Below, piece by piece: positions 9,753-18,541 of a DNA stretch of 64,000 bases (the first letter of the stretch is position 1; each line of letters starts with the position of its first letter). Under the pieces are notes generated by a model. It searched no databases, was not told the origin of the DNA, and worked only from the letters and a program-made list of their open reading frames with translations. The DNA is taken from the NCBI GenBank assembly GCA_944392815.1, contig CALXXY010000003.1, positions 32,001 through 96,000 of the forward strand, in the 5' to 3' direction. Source of the stretch: an uncultured Alphaproteobacteria bacterium. GTDB taxonomy: Bacteria; Pseudomonadota; Alphaproteobacteria; Rs-D84. The position numbers and the translations under genes are program-made.

Positions 9753-11005
9753 TAATACCAACCGCGCAATTTCATAGCGGCCGCCACACGTTTGATTGAA
9801 TGCATGTATGCGGCTTCGCGCATAGACACATTGTATTCTTCTTTGATTTTATAAATCGCATCAAACGCAGATTTCATCGCGGCGATTTCTTTTTGTTCCA
9901 CTTCGGATTCAGGCCAATAATACCCATACCGGTTTTGCACCCATTCGAAATATGACACAGTCACACCGCCGGCGTTTGCCAAAATATCCGGAACAACCGT
10001 CACACCGTTTTTCAGCAAAATTTCTTCGCCGTCCAGTGTTGTCGGGCCGTTGGCGCCTTCGACCACCAGTTTTGTTTTAATCAATGGCGCAGTATCATCA
10101 TTGATTGTATTTTCCATCGCACACGGCGACAACACATCAACGTCCAGCCCCCAGAATTCTTCGGCACTGATTTCTGTCGCACCTGGGAATCCCTGGATAT
10201 TGCCTTTGTGTTGCGCCTTGTATTCCATTAACGCATCGATATCCAACCCGCCTTCGTTATACAGCGTCACATTCCATTCGGCAATCGCAACAATTTTTGC
10301 GCCCATATCATGCGCACATTTCGCGGTAAAACTGCCGACATTGCCAAATCCCTGAACAGCAATACGCGCACCACGAATGTCTTTGCCTTGCTTTTTCAAC
10401 GCTTCGCCCATGATAATGGAAATCCCCAGGCCTGTTGCCTTGCCACGACCCAAAGATCCCGCTAATTCAACGGGTTTGCCTGTAAATGTACCAAACGCAG
10501 ATTCACCAGATAATTTGATATATTCGTCCGTCATCCACGCCATAATCTGGGCGTTGGTATTAACATCAGGGGCGGGCACATCGCGCTTTTCACCCAAAAT
10601 AGGATAGATCGCATCAACATATCCACGACACAAACGTTCCAATTCACCGGCGGACAATTCTTTTGGATTAACGATAACGCCACCTTTGCCGCCGCCATAC
10701 GGAATGCCGGTCACAGAACATTTAAATGTCATCCAAATGGACAGGGCAGCAACCTCGTCCCGGGTCACATTTTGATGGAATCGAATTCCACCCTTGGACG
10801 GGCCCACAGCGGTATTATGCTGGGCACGGAACCCAGTAAACACGCGCACAGAACCATCGTCCATTTTAACAGGAATCGACACTTCGACCATACGTTGCGG
10901 ATATTTTAAAATTTCATAAACGTCCGCCGGCATGCCCAATTTTTCACACGCGACACGCACACGCTGCTGTGCAGCAATTAACGGATTTAAATTTTCATTT
11001 GCCAT
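9752..11005 (-). CDS. gdhA: Glutamate dehydrogenase (Glu/Leu/Phe/Val family)
   Basis: GPSKGGIRFH, IPYGGGKGG, DVPAPDVNT, VQGFGNVG, EGANGPTT, ANAGGVTVSYFEWVQN. Confidence 0.95.
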   Translation of the reverse strand: MANENLNPLIAAQQRVRVACEKLGMPADVYEILKYPQRMVEVSIPVKMDDGSVRVFTGFRAQHNTAVGPSKGGIRFHQNVTRDEVAALSIWMTFKCSVTGIPYGGGKGGVIVNPKELSAGELERLCRGYVDAIYPILGEKRDVPAPDVNTNAQIMAWMTDEYIKLSGESAFGTFTGKPVELAGSLGRGKATGLGISIIMGEALKKQGKDIRGARIAVQGFGNVGSFTAKCAHDMGAKIVAIAEWNVTLYNEGGLDIDALMEYKAQHKGNIQGFPGATEISAEEFWGLDVDVLSPCAMENTINDDTAPLIKTKLVVEGANGPTTLDGEEILLKNGVTVVPDILANAGGVTVSYFEWVQNRYGYYWPESEVEQKEIAAMKSAFDAIYKIKEEYNVSMREAAYMHSIKRVAAAMKLRGWY

Positions 11006-11084
11006 AACTTTTCCCCTTTATTGGTTTGCATACAGCAATGAAAAATCCTAGAACCATAGTATAAAAAAATCAATCACAAAATCA

Positions 11085-12299
11085 TTACCGCCGGTTTACA
11101 GCACGCAAAATTGGATTCAGCATTACAACCAATACAAATGCCAACGCAAAAAACAAAATAATTGTTGGAACGATACCGAAACTATCCAGTATTGGCTTTA
11201 ACAAAATCATTATTACGCCAGACACCCCACTTTTTATCATAGAACCAATTGAAATAACCGTGCCACGTTCATGCGATTCCGTGCGTTCATGAATAAAACC
11301 ATTAAACACTAATTTTACCAACGCCTGGACGGCCGGCACAATCGCCATAATCACACACAACACATAAACAATTGGCATATTACCCGCGGCCCAAATTGCG
11401 CCCAACGCTGCCCCAAAACCAGCAAAAATCCATATTACTGACAACCACAGGGTTTTATTATTGCCCAACCGTTCAATTGATTTATACGCAAATTTATAAC
11501 ACAACATGCGCGCCACATTGTTTATCCCCAGAATCACACCAAACAACGCCACCGGCACCAACGCCGCAACCATAACGGGCTGCATCAACCACAGCACAAT
11601 TGTAGCAAATGTCCCATACAATGCCGAATACAGCATCAGTTTTGGCAACTCTGGGTGCCGGGCCGTCATACTAACAATTTTCAAACAATCCCGCAGCGGG
11701 CTGGATTCTGGGGCAACCTTGCGTTTTACTTCTGTTATTTCTGGGATAAAGAACAGTATTAAAAACATAATCAATGCCGCCATAGCATTTACCGCCAAAA
11801 CTAAATTTTGACTGATTGCGAATAACGCGCCACCAATCAAAGTTCCAACCATTGTCCCAGCTGTGCCAATCGTATTAACTGAACCATTTTCGCGCAAATA
11901 CGTCTTTTCTGCACCATCGCGTTTCAGCAAATCATATATGTATGCTTCTTTGGTTCCGCTGAACAGCGCAGTTGCCACCCCCAATCCGGACTCGCACAAC
12001 AGCACCGCCCAAAAACCAGTTCCAAACAATAATATTGAAAAAGACAAAAACGTCGCAAGCGCGCCCAAAATCAATATTTTCCGCCGCGAAAAAACATCTG
12101 CCAAATACCCACTGGGGATTTCAAACAAAAACGCGACAATGCGAAATATTCCCTGAATCATAAAAAAATCGCCCAATCCGACCCCTTTGTTTTGATAAAT
12201 CAAAACGATAACAGGCAATATTGGAACAAACAGATGGAAAAATTCGGCAACCTTCAAAATCCATAACGCGGTTTTCGTTTCCCGCGACAACATAGACAT
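11085..12299 (-). CDS. MFS transporter
   Basis: About 12 hydrophobic segments; EIPSGYLADVFSRRK motif A; ALFSGTKEAYIYD. Confidence 0.9.
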   Translation of the reverse strand: MSMLSRETKTALWILKVAEFFHLFVPILPVIVLIYQNKGVGLGDFFMIQGIFRIVAFLFEIPSGYLADVFSRRKILILGALATFLSFSILLFGTGFWAVLLCESGLGVATALFSGTKEAYIYDLLKRDGAEKTYLRENGSVNTIGTAGTMVGTLIGGALFAISQNLVLAVNAMAALIMFLILFFIPEITEVKRKVAPESSPLRDCLKIVSMTARHPELPKLMLYSALYGTFATIVLWLMQPVMVAALVPVALFGVILGINNVARMLCYKFAYKSIERLGNNKTLWLSVIWIFAGFGAALGAIWAAGNMPIVYVLCVIMAIVPAVQALVKLVFNGFIHERTESHERGTVISIGSMIKSGVSGVIMILLKPILDSFGIVPTIILFFALAFVLVVMLNPILRAVNRR

Positions 12300-12320
12300 T
12301 TTGTGGTCTTTTTATTTTTA

Positions 12321-12505
12321 TTGGTGCGCGACGCGAGGATACCCGACTCACACCAACCCAAACGTATTTCTGGTGCGGGCGAAGGGAATCCGAACGATTA
12401 AGCACCCGACGCGCGCCGTTATTAGGCGCAAGTCGTTGGTGCGCGACGCGAGGATACCCGACTCACATCAGCCCAAATAAATCTCTGGTGCGGGCGAAGG
12501 GAATC
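12321..12505 (-). repeat. tRNA-linked repeat: 115-bp-period duplication containing the 3' 20 nt of tRNA-Gly
   Basis: 12321-12390 near-identical to 12436-12505; 12371-12390 identical to tRNA 12486-12505. Confidence 0.85.
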
Positions 12506-12559
12506 GAACCCTCGTCTTCAGCTTGGGAAGCTGACGTGCTACCATTATACCACGCCCGC
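12486..12559 (-). tRNA. tRNA-Gly(CCC)
   Basis: GCGGGCG...TCAGC-TTCCCAA-GCTGA...GGTTCGATTCC...CGCCCGC-ACCA, 74 nt. Confidence 0.96.
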
Positions 12560-12609
12560 GCACTGCGTGATTCTATACCACGCACAAAAAAATGTCCAGT
12601 TTTTATTTT

Positions 12610-13248
12610 TTATCTGCTTTGCGAATATACATTTATTGGACGCCTGTCCCAACTCGCATTTTCTTTGACAACACGTGCAGGGTTCCCAGCAATAACACAA
12701 TTTGGTTTGTCAAATGTTCCGCTTACCACCGCACCAGTGCCAATAATGCACCCATCTGCAATTTTTGTATTTTTGCATATTGTGGCACCATAACCAACCC
12801 AGACATGATTTCCAATTGTCACATATTTGCCAAAATTTGTCACATTACCCTGCATATCTGTAATCGTATGCGTATCACTGGCCCAAATAATAATTTTTTC
12901 TGAAAACTGACAATCTTCGCCTATGGATATATTGACATTATCTTCGCGCACACGAATATCAGCAGAAACAAACGTAGTTCCAGCCCCAACAGATAAAGAA
13001 CAATTATTGCAATCGCCAGCCCCAAACCCCAGGTGTACCGCCAATCCCCCACCCACAGAATCGATACGTACACGGTTATTATCACCATAAATGCTCAATT
13101 TTGGTACAGAATGTTTCCCAACCACAACATCGTTGCCAACACCATGAATTCCGCGATAATTTTTAATACTATAACTGATAATCTTTATGCCGAACACATA
13201 TATATGAACACGTCCAGAATCACTAATCGTCTTTTTTATAATGCGCAT
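12610..13248 (-). CDS. Hexapeptide-repeat (LbH) acyltransferase, probably surface-glycan O-acetyltransferase
   Basis: ISIGEDCQFS, SDTHTI, VTIGNHVWVG, IIGTGAVV, VIAGNPARVVK. Confidence 0.88.
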   Translation of the reverse strand: MRIIKKTISDSGRVHIYVFGIKIISYSIKNYRGIHGVGNDVVVGKHSVPKLSIYGDNNRVRIDSVGGGLAVHLGFGAGDCNNCSLSVGAGTTFVSADIRVREDNVNISIGEDCQFSEKIIIWASDTHTITDMQGNVTNFGKYVTIGNHVWVGYGATICKNTKIADGCIIGTGAVVSGTFDKPNCVIAGNPARVVKENASWDRRPINVYSQSR

Positions 13249-13260
13249 ATCCCCCCCCCA

Positions 13261-13476
13261 TTATCGTTGCTTTGCATTTAATTCGCGCTGTAATTTTTCA
13301 AATTGTGCAGGTGCGGCCCGCAACAGTTTTCTGTTTGGATTGCTGCGCGCCATAGATTTACGCAATGCCGCCAATTTTCCCAAAATCGTAAACGCCCCGC
13401 ATGATTTCGCACAATTTTCCGCCGATGAAATCATCGCCAACAATTGATTCCAATCTAATTCGCGTTTTGCGTCCAT
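13261..13476 (-). CDS. Hypothetical small protein
   Basis: 71 aa, start overlaps upstream stop (TAATG). Confidence 0.6.
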   Translation of the reverse strand: MDAKRELDWNQLLAMISSAENCAKSCGAFTILGKLAALRKSMARSNPNRKLLRAAPAQFEKLQRELNAKQR

Positions 13477-14630
13477 TATTTTCCTGTACCACCAGTTGGA
13501 ATTTGTAAATTTTGATTTGGGAAAATCAAATTTGGATTTTCGATATTATTACGTTCGGCGATTATACTGAACAACACGCCACGACGCAGGAAATTGCGCG
13601 CAATAATCCACAAACAATCACCACGACGCACAGTATAATACGTATCGTCATCACCGGTCATTTCCGGCATAGTAAATTTATGATTTACTTCGGCAATAGT
13701 GCGCCCATCGCCATCATGCAAACGCACAGTCAATTTATATTCCTGGCCAGATTTTAAATCGCCAACGTCCGCACCCAATCCAAAATGTTTGTAATCAGAA
13801 ACGCGTGCAAACCCCAGATATTTATCGTCCAACGACAACGACACACGCAACCGTGGCAATGAATCACCCGTCACCACAATACGCCCAGTATCCAGATAGT
13901 CAATTTTGGACACAACCAAATCGCCATCAACCAACATAGTTGGTGCCTGCAACAAAGTGCTGCCATCATCTGTCATCAATAACGATACAGAATTTTGATA
14001 TCCACGTTCAGAAATATACACAAACACATTTTCATCAGATTTCACATTTCCACGAATGCCAATCAATGAAATTGTATAGTTTCCTGCCTCAAACGCACGG
14101 GCGGGCGAATACACAAACTCGCCATTTTTGTCTGTGCGTTCTGTTGCAACAATTTCGCCATTTATAACAATGGAAACACTGTCATCTGCGACCCAACGTC
14201 CCGCGACAACAACTGTACCCTGGGGTTCAATACGCACAATATCAAACGTCGGCACGCTGACCTGTTCAAACGTTTCGGCCACAATACGTGTTGTTGGTTC
14301 TGCGACCGGTGGCACAACGACGACAGTATCACTTGGGCGATGAAAAAACGCCACCCATACCGCCACCAACACAACAAACACAGCACACAGAATAGGGAAC
14401 CAATACGCAGCCACCCCACCACGACGCGTTTCTTTTTTCTGACCCGTCGGATTTTTATCTGCATCATGTGTCGGATTTGGACGGGCAAAAATATTCAGCG
14501 TTTTCAAAAAACGCCGCGCAAAAGTACGTCTGTTTTCCATCCAATCATTTTGCTGCGCAATTGCACTGTCAATCAAATCGTCCGTTGAACGTTTTGTTTT
14601 TCCCATACTAGATTTATTGCTGGCGACCAT
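13476..14630 (-). CDS. LysM peptidoglycan-binding membrane protein with Ig-like repeats
   Basis: TM helix; PTFDIVRIEPQGTVVVAGR (alphaproteobacterial LysM family); C-terminal YTVRRGDCLWIIA...NPNLIFPNQ. Confidence 0.88.
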   Translation of the reverse strand: MVASNKSSMGKTKRSTDDLIDSAIAQQNDWMENRRTFARRFLKTLNIFARPNPTHDADKNPTGQKKETRRGGVAAYWFPILCAVFVVLVAVWVAFFHRPSDTVVVVPPVAEPTTRIVAETFEQVSVPTFDIVRIEPQGTVVVAGRWVADDSVSIVINGEIVATERTDKNGEFVYSPARAFEAGNYTISLIGIRGNVKSDENVFVYISERGYQNSVSLLMTDDGSTLLQAPTMLVDGDLVVSKIDYLDTGRIVVTGDSLPRLRVSLSLDDKYLGFARVSDYKHFGLGADVGDLKSGQEYKLTVRLHDGDGRTIAEVNHKFTMPEMTGDDDTYYTVRRGDCLWIIARNFLRRGVLFSIIAERNNIENPNLIFPNQNLQIPTGGTGK

Positions 14631-14744
14631 ACTGAAATCTCCTGATAAATTATTAAATTTAATCTTTGGACAAATTATTGCAAATATAATTTCTTTGTCA
14701 ACTTATTTATGATATAATAGGGTGTTAATAAAACGGGGAAATTC

Positions 14745-15824
14745 ATGAAAAGAATAGGCATCATGACAACCGGCGGCGATTGTTCCGGTTTGAATACAGT
14801 AATCCAGCGTTTATACCGTGGCGCAACATTGCGTGGTTGGCGCACCATCGGAATTCTGGACGGCACAGACGGCCTGTGCACAACGCCACCAATGGTTCTG
14901 GAATTTGACAACGACACTTTACCGATTGAATCGGCACGCCTGGCGGGCAGTTTTCTGCACAACGGTCGCGCGGGCGCATTAAATTTTGAAACCGCGGCCG
15001 AAACGGGAAAATTGTCACAATTTAATAAACAATTACGCAAATCATTAACAGATTTAAAACTGGACGCGTTAATTTTAATCGGCGGCAATGGCAGTTTATC
15101 ACTCGCATGGCGCAATCGCGACATATATTCAGATCTGCAACTGATATGCATTCCAAAAACAATTGATATGGATATCCCGCTGACCGATAAAACAATCGGA
15201 TTCAACACTGCGGTTCAACAATTAACATCTTTCTGTGATCAATTAATGTTAACCGCCCGCAGTCATCACCGCTGGTTTGTGGTGCAAACAATGGGGCGCG
15301 ACTGCGGCCAGTTGGCTTTAAATGCAGGCATTGCAATCGGCGCAACCGCGATATTAATTCCAGAAATAAAATTCGACGTAAATTCATTAATCGAACACAT
15401 AAAAAATTTCCCACGCGATTATGGAATAATCCTTGTATCCGAAGGCATATCCCTGCGGGGACATTCTGGCCGCCCGGCGGATATGATATCCCGCAAATTA
15501 ACCGCGGCAAAAATATGCAATCGCACCGCATACCCCGAACACACCCAGCGTGTTGGCGACACCACCGCAGCGGACAGAATCCTGGCCGCCCGCATGGCGG
15601 ATTGTGCACTGCGTGCAATTGAAAATAATGAAACATATGTAATGACGGCGATCAAGGATTGCAAATGCGAAACGGTCAGTTTGGCGGACTTTTTCGCGGC
15701 GGGCGACGTGACGGCCGACCCCAATATTCCAGATTTACAAACGTCCGACGCATATGTATCACCGGACGACCCATTACTGGACATCGCAACCAGCATGGGC
15801 ATATACCTGGGCGAAATAAAATAA
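14745..15824 (+). CDS. pfkA: 6-phosphofructokinase (PfkA family)
   Basis: IGIMTTGGDCSGLN, IGGNGS, IPKTIDMD, TIGFNTA, TMGRDCG. Confidence 0.9.
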   Translation: MKRIGIMTTGGDCSGLNTVIQRLYRGATLRGWRTIGILDGTDGLCTTPPMVLEFDNDTLPIESARLAGSFLHNGRAGALNFETAAETGKLSQFNKQLRKSLTDLKLDALILIGGNGSLSLAWRNRDIYSDLQLICIPKTIDMDIPLTDKTIGFNTAVQQLTSFCDQLMLTARSHHRWFVVQTMGRDCGQLALNAGIAIGATAILIPEIKFDVNSLIEHIKNFPRDYGIILVSEGISLRGHSGRPADMISRKLTAAKICNRTAYPEHTQRVGDTTAADRILAARMADCALRAIENNETYVMTAIKDCKCETVSLADFFAAGDVTADPNIPDLQTSDAYVSPDDPLLDIATSMGIYLGEIK

Positions 15825-15861
15825 TCCCACACCACGTGGGATTTTTATATTTCTTGTTTTT

Positions 15862-16127
15862 ATTGAAGTCAATGGGGACATTGTTTTCGGGACCTAGAAA
15901 ATCCTGTAAGTATACACCCTGGAAGAAAACAAACACTGCTATTGTCGTATGATTATATTACTATCGCACAGGATGCCTGTTCAGATGGCTATATATCCGC
16001 CGGTACAGCCACCAGTTGCCTGGCACCCAATCCGGGCGGTTCGTGCATAATGTACGCCCCGGTGGGCGTATCGTATACAGACGCCACCGGCACATATGAA
16101 TTCGAACAACCCTGCGCCATGGAATAA
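15862..16127 (+). pseudogene. Degenerate fusion remnant of the Cys-rich gene pair found intact at 58246-59028
   Basis: 15922-15954 reads EENKHCYCRMI (gene A: DDNKYCWCRMI) in a frame with stops; 15987-16127 closely matches the 3' part of gene B; no signal peptide or RBS. Confidence 0.75.
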
Positions 16128-16149
16128 AATACAAACCGTCGCGTTCTAA

Positions 16150-16398
16150 AATGCCCACCGCCACCGGGTCCCGCGCAAACATAGTTTGCGTGGGTGGTTC
16201 CAGGGCGGGGGGGGGGGTGACGGTCGTCAGACCGTCGGGGGGTGGAGCACAATGACCACCCCATCGCAGAACAAAGTTCCCCTCTACGGAGGGGTGGCAC
16301 GTAGTGCCGGGGTGGTATCCCGCGCCATTGGCGCGGACAACATCTACACTCTACACTCTAAACTCTATTATTCCCGCGCCGATGGCGCGGGAATAATA
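16150..16398. repeat. Mosaic palindromic repeat, locus 1 (module X, half of module Y, heptamers plus palindrome)
   Basis: 16150-16263 near-identical to 36423-36536; 16276-16316 matches arms of 59029-59140. Confidence 0.9.
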
Positions 16399-17178
16399 CT
16401 ACATAACCTTGCCCTGGGTGGGGTAAAACGTCAATTGGATTTTTTCCCATTTTTCAAATTCATTGGTGGGCAACATTTTAAATGGCTGACAAACATTTAT
16501 CGCACTGCGAATAGTATCCAACACATACGCAAACGCAGGATCCGTTTCTGCACGCGCGGCTGATTCAAACCACACGTCACGCACGGTACCATTCCGCCGC
16601 ATCGTCAAATGTGCCACTGCACGAATATCGCCAATGTCATCGCGCGTTGTGTCAATTGTCCAACACCGCGTCATCGCCACACGCAACGCGTCAACCACAG
16701 ATACCGTCAATGTTCTGTCTAATGACACAACCTCGCGATTAACACGGATAACCGTTTTTTTCTTTTTCGGTTTTTCAACCGTTTCGTCGGATTTAACAGT
16801 ATTCACCACGGGTTCCGGTATTTCGGGCGCATCCGGCGCACTGTCCACCAAACTGGGCGCAACAATTGGTTCGGGCTCGCTATCTGCGGGCTGCGCCTCG
16901 GGCTCAGGCGCCTTGACCGGTGCGGGCGGGGTGGGGGTGGCGGCATCGCTGTCATCGTCCATTTCCGCATCAGCATTCACATTATGCAAAATTGTTTCAT
17001 CGCCACTGACCCGCACAGAGCCCAAATCAATTTCCAAAATTTCAATCCTGTCCGGGGCAACCAATCCGGCGCGTTCAACCACCACGGCAAACGACGTCAG
17101 CATTATCGCCAACAATGCCAAATGTCCGCACACAGACATCAAAAAATTTTCCGATGAAAATCTGTCGCCAAATTTCAT
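16399..17178 (-). CDS. TolA/TonB-like envelope protein
   Basis: N-terminal TM with SxxxH motif (SVCGH), Pro/Glu-rich linker, C-terminal RCW...AINVCQPFKMLP...WEKIQLTF; follows tolQR. Confidence 0.8.
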   Translation of the reverse strand: MKFGDRFSSENFLMSVCGHLALLAIMLTSFAVVVERAGLVAPDRIEILEIDLGSVRVSGDETILHNVNADAEMDDDSDAATPTPPAPVKAPEPEAQPADSEPEPIVAPSLVDSAPDAPEIPEPVVNTVKSDETVEKPKKKKTVIRVNREVVSLDRTLTVSVVDALRVAMTRCWTIDTTRDDIGDIRAVAHLTMRRNGTVRDVWFESAARAETDPAFAYVLDTIRSAINVCQPFKMLPTNEFEKWEKIQLTFYPTQGKVM

Positions 17179-17190
17179 GTTTTATATCAA

Positions 17191-17595
17191 TTATTCCGCA
17201 TCTATTTCTGTGCGCAGTCCAACACGTTGAAAACCCGCATCCTTTAATTTCCCCATAACAGCCATCACCGCGCCATAATCAGCCGCCGCGTCGCCATTTA
17301 TCATTATGGTCAAATCAGGATTTTCCCCGCGCATCGCAACCACACGTTTAACAACATCGTCACGCGTCAATTCAGTCGTTCCCACATAATAACGCCCGGC
17401 CGCATCAACGCTGATTTGAATGGCGTGATCATTACCGGTCAAAGCAGAATTTCCCGCCCGTGGCAAATTTAAATCTATCCCTGTGGTCAACATAGGTGTT
17501 GTCACCATAAACACCGCCAACAACACCGTCATAATATCAATCATCGGCGTCAGCGAAATATTGACATCAGTATTTCTGTATCTTCTGCGTGTCAT
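17191..17595 (-). CDS. tolR: TolR/ExbD
   Basis: ISLTPMIDIMTVLLAVFMVTTP, INGD..ADYGAVMAVMGKLK.AG. Confidence 0.88.
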   Translation of the reverse strand: MTRRRYRNTDVNISLTPMIDIMTVLLAVFMVTTPMLTTGIDLNLPRAGNSALTGNDHAIQISVDAAGRYYVGTTELTRDDVVKRVVAMRGENPDLTIMINGDAAADYGAVMAVMGKLKDAGFQRVGLRTEIDAE

Positions 17596-17604
17596 GGGGT
17601 ACAC

Positions 17605-18108
17605 CTATTTATGTTTAAAACTTTTGGCCTTTAATTCTTTGACATGTTCGGTCAAAACATCATACAGGTCATCTGATTTTTTACTGAAATATTGATACGC
17701 AATCGCCGCAGGCACCGCCGCAATCAACCCCAACGCGGTCGTCCCCAGCGCAGTCGCCAACCCCGGTGCAATAACACCAATTGACACAGATTGATTTACA
17801 CCAATCGACGCAAACGAATCCATCACGCCCCAAATCGTACCGAACAAACCGATAAAAGGCGCGACATACGACACCATGGATAAAAACCACAAATTTTTAT
17901 CAAACGGCCGAATTAATTTATCCGCGATAATGGATAAATTATCATTGGCCCTGACCTGGACAGGGTGCTTTTTCTGTCCGTGCCACATACGAATTTTTTC
18001 AATAATCACAGCCCATGAAATAACACTGCCCAACACCAAAACGATTGATATAAACAGCGTCATCAAATCGCCTGTAAATAACGTAGTCAAAGAAAAAGTA
18101 TTCGTCAT
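17605..18108 (-). CDS. tolQ: TolQ/ExbB/MotA proton channel (short form)
   Basis: APFIGLFGTIWGVMDSF, IAPGLATALGTTALGLIAAVPA. Confidence 0.9.
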   Translation of the reverse strand: MTNTFSLTTLFTGDLMTLFISIVLVLGSVISWAVIIEKIRMWHGQKKHPVQVRANDNLSIIADKLIRPFDKNLWFLSMVSYVAPFIGLFGTIWGVMDSFASIGVNQSVSIGVIAPGLATALGTTALGLIAAVPAAIAYQYFSKKSDDLYDVLTEHVKELKAKSFKHK

Positions 18109-18130
18109 TATTTATTCCCCCATATTAAAA

Positions 18131-18508
18131 TTATTCCCGAAACGGCGCGGCCACACTTTCTGGAATCCGCTTTGGTTGCATATCGGCCCCTATATACGCC
18201 GCTGTCCCAGACAGTATAGCACAAATTTCACCATCTTTCACGAATTTTTGTTCAACCGACATAGACGCCGCGCCAAATTTAGTCACAGTTGTTTCAACAA
18301 CAAACTCGTCGCCCAAAAACAACGGCCGCACATAACGAATGCTTAAATCGCGGATAACAAACCCCACATCGCCATCTGGGAATTTTATACCACGTAAAAT
18401 ATTCATACGTGCGCGTTCTGCGATTTCGATATATCGTCCATGATACGCGATACCACCCGCATCAGTATCTGCATACGCAATCGCAAAAGGAAAAGTATAC
18501 GTTTTCAT
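18131..18508 (-). CDS. ybgC: YbgC-like acyl-CoA thioesterase
   Basis: YADTDAGGIAYHGRYIEIAERAR; conserved ruvB-ybgC-tolQRA order. Confidence 0.88.
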   Translation of the reverse strand: MKTYTFPFAIAYADTDAGGIAYHGRYIEIAERARMNILRGIKFPDGDVGFVIRDLSIRYVRPLFLGDEFVVETTVTKFGAASMSVEQKFVKDGEICAILSGTAAYIGADMQPKRIPESVAAPFRE

Positions 18509-18541
18509 TTTTTATTTCCCCACAATTAAAAAAACATGAAA

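Noticed and set aside
12321-13476. Integrated prophage or island at tRNA-Gly
   Set aside because: The att-like duplicate is only 115 bp from the tRNA and there is no integrase; at most a scar
15987-16127. DGR TR/VR pair with 58888-59028
   Set aside because: Differences involve all bases and are mostly synonymous third positions, not adenine-specific
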